Of a DNA stretch of 49,196 nt, positions 9,738 through 16,739 are shown one piece after another. The DNA comes from an uncultured Bacilli bacterium (GTDB taxonomy: Bacteria > Bacillota_I > Bacilli_A > RF39 > UBA660). The notes beneath the pieces were generated by a model. It was not told the DNA's origin. It was given only the letters and a program-made list of their open reading frames with translations, and ran no database searches. The position numbers and the translations under genes are program-made. Each line of letters opens with the position of its first letter. Position 1 is the first letter of the stretch. The stretch is from contig CALVQS010000001.1 of NCBI GenBank assembly GCA_944358165.1, forward strand, positions 1 through 49,196, read 5' to 3'.

Positions 9738-10100
9738 TTATTCAAATACAATTTTATCATCAATCATTTTTCCTGTAATATCTACTTTAATATCATAACT
9801 TTTAATTCCAATAATGGAACCAAAAATACTATCAACCTCATATTCATTTTGAATACGAATGCCTCCACTAGTAATTGTAACTTCCAAAGACTCAACCGGA
9901 AGATCATTTTCTATAAATAAATCTTTAATTTCTTCTTCTCTAGCATCATCATAAACACTTTCAATAATGGTCTTACTAACTTCTTTTAATTCGGCATTTT
10001 TACTCACGATAAGACCTACATCCACCACAAGTGCAGCCATACCTAGCAATATTGGAATTAAAATAACAAATAAAATTAAAGTTTGCCCCCTTTTATTCAT
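9738..10100 (-). CDS. TadE/TadG-like pseudopilin
   Basis: N-terminus MNKRGQTLILFVILIPILLGMAALVVDVG (TadG-like N-terminal motif). ATG at 10100 with AGGAG RBS. 8-nt overlap with the upstream tadE stop. Confidence 0.65.
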   Translation of the reverse strand: MNKRGQTLILFVILIPILLGMAALVVDVGLIVSKNAELKEVSKTIIESVYDDAREEEIKDLFIENDLPVESLEVTITSGGIRIQNEYEVDSIFGSIIGIKSYDIKVDITGKMIDDKIVFE

Positions 10101-10428
10101 AAGAAATACTCCTATGAACATCAATTACATAAGGATTTTCTATTAGAAGATTTAAACCCGGTGTAATAATATCGATTTCTTTAATTAAATGAAATGTAAT
10201 TTTCTCATCTTCATCAATTTCTAAATCAAGTTCATCCATATCCAAATTACTTAAAATCTCCTCTTTACTCTTACCACTTTCATACATTGAGATGACATCG
10301 GTAATAGCACCTTCTAAAATCGTTTTATTATAAAGAATTTTACCAAGATCAACAATACCCAAAACTAATAAAAGAAAAATCGGTAAAATAATAATAAACT
10401 CTACTAATGCTTGACCCTTTCTATTCAT
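10093..10428 (-). CDS. tadE: TadE-like pseudopilin
   Basis: N-terminus MNRKGQALVEFIIILPIFLLL, with Gly followed by xxxxEF in a prepilin-type leader. Confidence 0.7.
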   Translation of the reverse strand: MNRKGQALVEFIIILPIFLLLVLGIVDLGKILYNKTILEGAITDVISMYESGKSKEEILSNLDMDELDLEIDEDEKITFHLIKEIDIITPGLNLLIENPYVIDVHRSISYE

Positions 10429-10439
10429 AACTTACACCC

Positions 10440-10655
10440 CTAAGTATCACTTGCTGCCTCTTCTTCTTCACTCTTACAATATCCTTCACCAGGCTTATCT
10501 CCCTTAATATACTCTTCATCAACCAAACTACAACTAGTTTTTGTAATAGCGTCTTTTAAATAGCCACCAAAATAATTAACAAGTGCAATCGCAATCACAC
10601 TTATTAATGCAATGATGAGAATATATTCGACTAAAGCCTGGCCACGTCTATTCAT
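10440..10655 (-). CDS. flp: Flp-family type IVb pilin
   Basis: MNRRG|QALVEYILIIALISVIAIAL matches the Flp G/XXXXEY processing motif plus a hydrophobic helix. First gene of the operon. Confidence 0.75.
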   Translation of the reverse strand: MNRRGQALVEYILIIALISVIAIALVNYFGGYLKDAITKTSCSLVDEEYIKGDKPGEGYCKSEEEEAASDT

Positions 10656-10679
10656 AACTTTCCACCCTTATCATAAATA

Positions 10680-10708
10680 ATGATATAATAAATTAAGAAA
10701 AAAGTCAA
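10680..10708 (-). promoter_or_regulatory. sigma-A type promoter of the flp-tad operon
   Basis: Minus strand reads TTGACT, a 17-nt spacer, then TATCAT, about 25 nt upstream of the flp start. Confidence 0.5.
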
Positions 10709-10760
10709 TTAAACAGTAATATATTTTTTGTTTTCATGCTATAATTTATTAGGTGATTCT

Positions 10761-11090
10761 ATGTACTTAAATATTGGCAAAAAAAAGGTTCCTATTATAA
10801 TAGCAAAATCTTTTTTTAAAAGATTAATTGGTTTAATGGGTAAAAAAGAAATTGACTTTGGTATGCTTTTTCCAAAATGCAATTCCATTCATACCTTTTT
10901 TATGAAAGAAAATATTGATATTGTTGGTTTAGATGAAAACAATGAAGTAATCTACAAATATGAAAACTTACCCAAAAACAAAATCATCAAAATTAATTAC
11001 AATCATAAAAAAACTAGCATTTTAGAATTACCTAAAAATACTAGCGAAAAAATCAAGATTGGAACAATTCTAATATTTAATGAAGACTAA
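10761..11090 (+). CDS. DUF192 domain protein
   Basis: LIGLMGKK...GMLFPKCNSIHTFFMKENIDIVGLDENNEV pattern typical of DUF192 (COG1430). ATG at 10761 preceded by AGGTGA. The listed ORF start at 10728 lacks an RBS. Confidence 0.75.
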   Translation: MYLNIGKKKVPIIIAKSFFKRLIGLMGKKEIDFGMLFPKCNSIHTFFMKENIDIVGLDENNEVIYKYENLPKNKIIKINYNHKKTSILELPKNTSEKIKIGTILIFNED

Positions 11091-11785
11091 CCTTCATTAT
11101 TTTTTTTATTCTTTCTCATAGTAGCGAATATAGCAGCAATAAAAGCACCAGAACAAGCTCCAATGATACTATATTTCAAAATAGTAGACCAATTTATATT
11201 ACTAGGTTCCCTTAAAGACTCATCAACATCAAATTCTATACTATCAACAATTTTTTTTACCCTTAATTCATCTTCCCGATCAAATGAATAAGGCTTTTGA
11301 GCAGTAATAGAATATCCATCTCCATTAATAACAGTAACATATTCATTTAAATATAAACCAGCATCTTGATATTCCAATTTAACAAACGAATAATCATTTT
11401 GATAAATCTCATAATCAGCATTTTGCCTATCTGCTAAAGCTTGCCCAAATTCATCAAGATCCTCATGAGAATAATTATTTAAATTAATTACATCTTCTAC
11501 ATCAGACTTACGAACAAAAATTTCAATATAATCTCCACTATCAGCATAAAGTAAGATAGCATCTACATAAGCCTTATTTTCTTCAAAAGAATCTACCATA
11601 TAATCATAAGTAATACCTAGCTCTTCAAGTTCAGGATTATCTAAAATATTTTCAGGAGTAAATACATACCATTCACTCTCATCAAAAGTAATCTGCATAT
11701 CAGTTCCATCAAGAATAAAATCGGTTGCCAAAACATTTAATGGTAATGCAACCATCAACAACATAAACATAACTATTTTTTTCAT
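11087..11785 (-). CDS. hypothetical secreted protein with C-terminal membrane anchor
   Basis: Signal peptide MKKIVMFMLLMVALPLNVLA when started at ATG 11785 (GGGAG RBS), plus a C-terminal TM helix and basic tail. I recognise no family. Confidence 0.6.
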   Translation of the reverse strand: MKKIVMFMLLMVALPLNVLATDFILDGTDMQITFDESEWYVFTPENILDNPELEELGITYDYMVDSFEENKAYVDAILLYADSGDYIEIFVRKSDVEDVINLNNYSHEDLDEFGQALADRQNADYEIYQNDYSFVKLEYQDAGLYLNEYVTVINGDGYSITAQKPYSFDREDELRVKKIVDSIEFDVDESLREPSNINWSTILKYSIIGACSGAFIAAIFATMRKNKKNNEG

Positions 11786-11804
11786 AACTCCCACTTTTCT
11801 TCTC

Positions 11805-13079
11805 CTATTCTTTAAATTCAAAAACATAATCACAAATTTGTACTTCATCTCCAGGCTTTGCTCCAAGTCTTTCTAATTCCTCATCAACACCCATACCTTT
11901 TAACTTACGAGCAAAACGAATAACACCTTCTCTTTCATCAAAACGAGTCATCTTAAAGAGTTTCTCTAACTCAGCTCCTTCTAAAACCCAAACATCATCT
12001 ACTTTTGTAATCGTAAAAGGTCTTTCATTTTTAAATTTATAAGTAACATGACTCATCATTTCCTCATCACTATAAAGGTTTTCGTCACAAGTAGTATCTA
12101 ATAAATCGGCAAGCTTTTGCATAAGTTCATCAAACCCGGTATTGGTAACACTACTAACAGGAACAACAAGTACATCTGGATAAGCTTTCTTGAATGCTTC
12201 TAAATTTTTAGGAGCATCTTCTAAATCCATTTTATTAGCAATAACAATTTCCTTCTTTTTAGCTAACTTCTCACTATAATCGAGGATTTCTTTACGAATA
12301 ACTTGATAATCATGGATTGGATTTCTTCCTTCCACTCCCCCCATATCAATTACATGAGCAAGCACTCTTGTCCTCATTGCATGTCTTAAAAACTTATGAC
12401 CAAGTCCAACACCTTCACTAGCACCCTCTATAAGTCCCGGAAGATCAGCCATAACAAAACTTCTACCATCTTTTAATTTTACAACTCCAAGATTTGGAGA
12501 TAATGTTGTAAAGTGATAGCTAGCAATTTTCGGAGTTGCAGCACTAATCATAGATAAAATGGTAGACTTACCAACACTAGGAAGGCCAACTAACCCAACA
12601 TCTGCAATCATTTTAAGTTCTACTTTTAAAACTTTTTCTTCTCCAGGTTCTCCTAGTTCACTAAATTTTGGAGCGGTATCGCTTTGAGTTCGAAAGCTGG
12701 CATTTCCTCTACCTCCACGTCCTCCATGAGCAACCACAACTTCATTATTTTCACCAACTAAATCAGCAATAACCAAATTAGTATTAGCATCTATTACCGT
12801 AGTACCTTCTGGTACCTTTACGATAATATCTTCAGCATTAGCACCATTTCGATTAGAACCTTTCCCATTTTCTCCCTTTTTTCCTTTAATTATTTTCATA
12901 TATCTTAAATCAATTAAAGTCTTTAAACCTTTATCCACTTGAAAAATAATACTGGCACCTTTTCCACCATTCCCACCATCTGGTCCTCCCATAGGAACAC
13001 ACCATTCACGACGAAAAGAAGTGCAACCATCTCCACCTTTTCCAGCTTCTACTTTAATTGTCAATTCATCTACAAACAT
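11805..13079 (-). CDS. obg: GTPase Obg/CgtA
   Basis: Glycine-rich Obg fold (MFVDE...GGDGCTSFRRE), G-domain GLPSVGKST / DLPG / NKMD, and a C-terminal OCT domain. Confidence 0.95.
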   Translation of the reverse strand: MFVDELTIKVEAGKGGDGCTSFRREWCVPMGGPDGGNGGKGASIIFQVDKGLKTLIDLRYMKIIKGKKGENGKGSNRNGANAEDIIVKVPEGTTVIDANTNLVIADLVGENNEVVVAHGGRGGRGNASFRTQSDTAPKFSELGEPGEEKVLKVELKMIADVGLVGLPSVGKSTILSMISAATPKIASYHFTTLSPNLGVVKLKDGRSFVMADLPGLIEGASEGVGLGHKFLRHAMRTRVLAHVIDMGGVEGRNPIHDYQVIRKEILDYSEKLAKKKEIVIANKMDLEDAPKNLEAFKKAYPDVLVVPVSSVTNTGFDELMQKLADLLDTTCDENLYSDEEMMSHVTYKFKNERPFTITKVDDVWVLEGAELEKLFKMTRFDEREGVIRFARKLKGMGVDEELERLGAKPGDEVQICDYVFEFKE

Positions 13080-13147
13080 ATTTAAACACCACCTATATCA
13101 TATCACAAAAAGTATATTTTTACTATTCGTATATACTTATTTTATTT

Positions 13148-13732
13148 TCAATTATTTATATAGTATATCTCATTAAATCTTTCTATTGGAACCATAGATA
13201 TATTTTCCATATAGATTGGCTTTTTAAACTCAACTAATCGATTAACACGATTACTAGCCATCCAACTATTAGGAAAACAATAAATCGTTTTATAATCTTT
13301 CTTATCGCTTTTTAATCCTAAAAGACAACAAATATCTTTTTCATACATTTTCATTAAACCATAATCTCCATCATATAAAGAACTTGTACTTTTAAATTTT
13401 AAACTGTATAAAGAAGTATTAAAACCCTTTAATAAATCTAAAATATTAGAAAAAGTAGTCATTCTTAATTTCAATAAATATTTTTCCTTTGTTTGATTTT
13501 CTAAAATATGATTAAATTTCTCTAAATTCTTTTTTATATATTTATATCTTTTATCCTTAGATTTTATATGAGTTGGAAAATAACGATCAAAGTTTTTAAT
13601 TTTATGTAAGCCAACTAAATGATAAAAGTGATCATTACGAAACATAATATAAATATATCCTTTATCTTTACGACTAACAATAAAAACAAATTTTTTTAGT
13701 TCTTCAAAAGTGTTAATTAATTCTTCTAGCAT
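13148..13732 (-). CDS. orphan hypothetical protein (possible BECR-fold / PBECR-like nuclease, very tentative)
   Basis: Intact 194-aa ORF with AAGGGGG RBS, its own downstream AU-rich hairpin plus T-run, and its own upstream promoter and leader. The HLVGLHK segment loosely recalls PBECR-type nucleases, from memory only. Confidence 0.55.
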   Translation of the reverse strand: MLEELINTFEELKKFVFIVSRKDKGYIYIMFRNDHFYHLVGLHKIKNFDRYFPTHIKSKDKRYKYIKKNLEKFNHILENQTKEKYLLKLRMTTFSNILDLLKGFNTSLYSLKFKSTSSLYDGDYGLMKMYEKDICCLLGLKSDKKDYKTIYCFPNSWMASNRVNRLVEFKKPIYMENISMVPIERFNEIYYINN

Positions 13733-13745
13733 ACCCTACCCCCTT

Positions 13746-13779
13746 AAAGATAAAAGGACCTATCTAAAAAGATAAGTCC
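13746..13779 (-). terminator. intrinsic terminator at the 3' end of the leader RNA
   Basis: Minus strand reads GGACUUAUC-UUUUUA-GAUAGGUCC (9 bp, one G-U) followed by UUUUAUCUUU. It ends 13 nt before the RBS of the 194-aa ORF. Confidence 0.6.
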
Positions 13780-13912
13780 CATGGTAGAAGCCTAAATTTG
13801 CATTAGGCAAAAAGCCTTCTATTTTGTGTTTAACCTATTACTAGGCCGCCGAAGCTAGGCTGGGACTACCAACTCCCGTCATTAATAATATGCTACATCG
13901 TAACCTTATTAT
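13746..13912 (-). ncRNA. unclassified structured 5' leader / cis-regulatory RNA (or small RNA)
   Basis: Local GC enrichment in an otherwise AT-rich intergenic region. Contains a C(UUCG)G tetraloop hairpin, a GCCUAA/UUAGGC hairpin, and a GGGA...UCCC hairpin whose 3' arm AGUCCCA can instead pair with UGGGACU (the 5' arm of the terminator). The 5' end is uncertain: about 13959 from the consensus promoter or about 13912 from a second TGnTATAAT box. Confidence 0.4.
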
Positions 13913-13965
13913 TATCTAAATTATATCACACGAATAAAAATGTGTAAATTAATTTAGTAAAAACT

Positions 13966-13994
13966 ATTATAATCTACTTTTTTATGCTTGTCAA
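13966..13994 (-). promoter_or_regulatory. perfect consensus sigma-A promoter
   Basis: Minus strand reads TTGACA, exactly 17 nt, then TATAAT. A second extended -10 box (TGATATAAT) lies at 13920-13928. Confidence 0.6.
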
Positions 13995-14023
13995 TTTAAA
14001 ATTCAAATAAATTATAAAAAAGC

Positions 14024-14202
14024 GTTACAATTCACAGCTGATTTTTGCTGTATTTACAAGTGTTTAACTGAAAGTTATAACCTAAAATCAACTGTGAATA
14101 AATATTTTTACATAATTTCGAAAATAGTTAATCAGATTATAATTCTTAAATTTCTCCTAAAATAAAGAGAATTGCAATTTTAAAATGGCTGTGAATTGTA
14201 AC
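14024..14202. mobile_element. 179-bp MITE-like element
   Basis: Perfect 15-bp terminal inverted repeats GTTACAATTCACAGC (14024-14038) and GCTGTGAATTGTAAC (14188-14202). These are flanked by an identical 8-bp direct repeat AAAAAAGC (14016-14023 and 14203-14210). No ORF inside. Confidence 0.7.
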
Positions 14203-14228
14203 AAAAAAGCAATCAACTTTCATTGATT
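14203..14228 (-). terminator. intrinsic terminator of the cdaA-cdaR operon
   Basis: Minus strand reads AATCAA-TGAAAG-TTGATT followed by GCTTTTTT, 10 nt after the cdaR stop. The T-tract is one copy of the MITE target duplication. Confidence 0.55.
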
Positions 14229-14237
14229 AGCCTTTCT

Positions 14238-15608
14238 CTATTCATTTGATATCCGAACTCTTACCGTAGATGATACTACAAAGTTAAGTCTTGGATCATC
14301 ATTTTCAATTTGAACCTCAACATCATACTCTCCAGGAGTATAACCAGTTAAATCAATATAAGCATTAATACTATCAGCATCTACTCCATCAATAACAGAT
14401 TGAACACCTTGAACAATAACTGGAACACTACTTGTACCAACAATATTAGCAGTATATCCACTTGCTAAATTTCTACTAGATATGGTTGATAATTCTACTT
14501 CTTTTTGTCTTTCATCTCCAAATGTAACAGTAATACTAGCATTATTTTCACTTAAAGCCCGTACCCCAGTTGGACGAGAAATTGTTACATTATAATTTCT
14601 AGTACTATTGGCACCCTCTCCATCAACATTAATTGTAACTGGAACACTTGTAATACCACTAATTTGTTCTTCATCACCATAAATAGTTACCGAATAATTA
14701 TTATTATTATTTATCAAAATCGATGCAATTGCTCTACCAGTAACTAAAGAACCAGTCGTCCGAACCTCAATTGGAACACTCTTTGAATAAGTGTCTAGTG
14801 TAACGGTTGCACTAAGAGTCGTTGGCACAATCTCAATGTTATCTAGTACTTCACCATTAGAATCATACGCTACTAAACGAACATTATTAACGGTAAAAGT
14901 TCCAACATCAGTTAGAGCATCATCACTTAAATCGATTAAAGCCTTAACAGAAGCAATATTATTAATTGCATCTTCACTACCCTTAACAACAACTTCACTT
15001 CTCTCAAGTTCTACGCTCTCAACACTTAATTCTTCACTTAAACTTTGTTCATTAATTAAATCATAATCAATGGTTCTTGTAACACTAATCTTATCTTTAA
15101 TTGTTACGGTAACATAAGAAGGATCTAATTTATAATCAATCGAATCAATTGATTTCGTATAAGATAAATAAACACGATAAGCAGAATCTCTTGCTTCGTA
15201 ATCGGATAAATCCAAAATAACATTATTTGTTCCTAATTGCTTTGCTAAATAAATATCACTCTTTCGACCAATTAAAACAATATCAACAGTCTCAGGTATT
15301 CCTTCCACTACATATGCTTCTTCATTATAATTAACCGTAACTGGTACATTCGTAATAACCTCAGCTTCTGATTCCACCAAAGTAATTACTCTAGAATCAA
15401 TTAATACAAACACAATAACTGCCAAAATAAGTGAAACATAAATCATAAAATTAGGACGATTAAAAATATAATCTAACTTAATATTTTTACTACGTAAATA
15501 CTCTCGAATATTAAAGATTAAACGACTAATTGGTGTAACAATAAGCTTATCAATAATCCGATAAATTGCTTTAAAAAACTTACCAATCGCTTTTCCAATT
15601 TTCTTCAT
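14238..15608 (-). CDS. cdaR: YbbR-domain protein CdaR (regulator of diadenylate cyclase)
   Basis: N-terminal TM helix followed by repeated YbbR-like beta domains. Its start overlaps the cdaA stop (ATGA-type junction). Confidence 0.85.
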   Translation of the reverse strand: MKKIGKAIGKFFKAIYRIIDKLIVTPISRLIFNIREYLRSKNIKLDYIFNRPNFMIYVSLILAVIVFVLIDSRVITLVESEAEVITNVPVTVNYNEEAYVVEGIPETVDIVLIGRKSDIYLAKQLGTNNVILDLSDYEARDSAYRVYLSYTKSIDSIDYKLDPSYVTVTIKDKISVTRTIDYDLINEQSLSEELSVESVELERSEVVVKGSEDAINNIASVKALIDLSDDALTDVGTFTVNNVRLVAYDSNGEVLDNIEIVPTTLSATVTLDTYSKSVPIEVRTTGSLVTGRAIASILINNNNNYSVTIYGDEEQISGITSVPVTINVDGEGANSTRNYNVTISRPTGVRALSENNASITVTFGDERQKEVELSTISSRNLASGYTANIVGTSSVPVIVQGVQSVIDGVDADSINAYIDLTGYTPGEYDVEVQIENDDPRLNFVVSSTVRVRISNE

Positions 15609-16423
15609 TATTCTTCACCTGCACTTTTCTTATCTTCTGCTTCATAGAACACTTCAGGTTTTGGATTAAGTGCATCAATTAAAAGCATTCTAAATTCATC
15701 TAAAGTCAAATTATAATTTAACTCTCCATCAACAGCAACGCTAATTCTACCAGACTCTTCTGATACAACAAGAGCAATCGCATCAGATTCCTCAGCTATA
15801 CCTAAAGCTGCTCTATGTCTCGTACCAAGTCTCTTAGAAATAGATGGATTCATACTCGTCTTAAAGACAGCTCCTGCAACGGTAATACGATCTCCCTGGA
15901 TAATAACACCACCATCATGAAGTGGTCCATTAGGGAAAAAGATTGTTTCTAATAAATCACTAGATAAATCAGCATAAATCTTAGTCGCCGGTTCGATATA
16001 TTCTTGTAAAGAAATCTCTCTTTCAATAACAATTAAAGCTCCAATTCGATTTCTTTTAAAATACTCGATTGATTTCATAATTTCATAAACGACTTTTTCT
16101 CTTTCATCAATCGTAAGAATCTTATGTCTACCAAGAAGTTGTGTTCTTCCAATTGATTCCAAAACACTTCGAATCTCTGGTTGAAAAATAACAATGATAG
16201 CCAAAGGTCCCCATTCTAGACAGTATTGTAAAATAACCCCAACGGTATACAAATCAAGCAAATCACTTAATAACTTAATAACTAAAATAAGTAATACACC
16301 TTTAAAAATAAGAACCATTTTAATATTATTCTTAATATTTTTTAATATAAAATAAAATACTAGCCAAACAATTCCAATATCAATAATCTTTGTAATTACA
16401 TCCCAAACGTTAGCTAATGTCAT
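15608..16423 (-). CDS. cdaA: diadenylate cyclase CdaA
   Basis: Three N-terminal TM helices plus a DAC domain with the GPLHDGGVII and TRHRAALG motifs. Confidence 0.93.
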   Translation of the reverse strand: MTLANVWDVITKIIDIGIVWLVFYFILKNIKNNIKMVLIFKGVLLILVIKLLSDLLDLYTVGVILQYCLEWGPLAIIVIFQPEIRSVLESIGRTQLLGRHKILTIDEREKVVYEIMKSIEYFKRNRIGALIVIEREISLQEYIEPATKIYADLSSDLLETIFFPNGPLHDGGVIIQGDRITVAGAVFKTSMNPSISKRLGTRHRAALGIAEESDAIALVVSEESGRISVAVDGELNYNLTLDEFRMLLIDALNPKPEVFYEAEDKKSAGEE

Positions 16424-16493
16424 AACTTCACCTTCCTATATGCCTATTTATTATATCAAAAAAGTGGATGAAATCCAAGTTATTTTAAAGTGA

Positions 16494-16739
16494 TCAACCT
16501 TGAGCTTTAAACATCCTAGTTAAAACCGTTATTAAATCTAGGTTTACCACTTTACTAACATAGGTATCCACTCCACTCACGCGTTCTTCTAAAATAACAA
16601 CGTTTGATGAAATAACTTCTCTATTTTCATCTAATCCCATTGCCAGAAAATATTTCTTACCATGAAGCATTGCTTCTTTTAAAACAATATATTGTTCATG
16701 ATTTTCTAAGACAATAATATAATTAATTTTAAGCCCCAT
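16494..16739 (-). CDS. small conserved-looking hypothetical protein (possibly DUF1292-like)
   Basis: 81 aa from ATG 16739, with GGAGG 8 nt upstream. The start overlaps the stop of the upstream coiled-coil gene. The pattern IIVLENHEQYIVLKEAMLHGKKYFLAMGL loosely resembles DUF1292. Confidence 0.5.
   Translation of the reverse strand: MGLKINYIIVLENHEQYIVLKEAMLHGKKYFLAMGLDENREVISSNVVILEERVSGVDTYVSKVVNLDLITVLTRMFKAQG

Noticed and set aside
10728-10760. Listed start sites that add N-terminal extensions. Examples: 10728, 11866, 19874, 26949, 38532, 40381, 41006, 42659, 43411, 48984.
   Set aside because: The internal ATG or GTG codons are preceded by canonical GGAGG-type RBSs, avoid long overlaps with upstream genes, and restore the normal family N-termini (signal peptides, receiver domains, and similar).
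13746-13912. Assignment of the leader to a known RNA class (T-box, yybP-ykoY, ZTP, fluoride, guanidine, SRP/4.5S, 6S, glmS).
   Set aside because: I could not find the diagnostic conserved motifs of any of these: T-box AGAGA / GGUGGUACCGCG, yybP GGGGAGUAG...UUGACAUA, SRP GGAA-loop domain IV, and the others. It stays unclassified rather than named. A covariance-model scan is needed.
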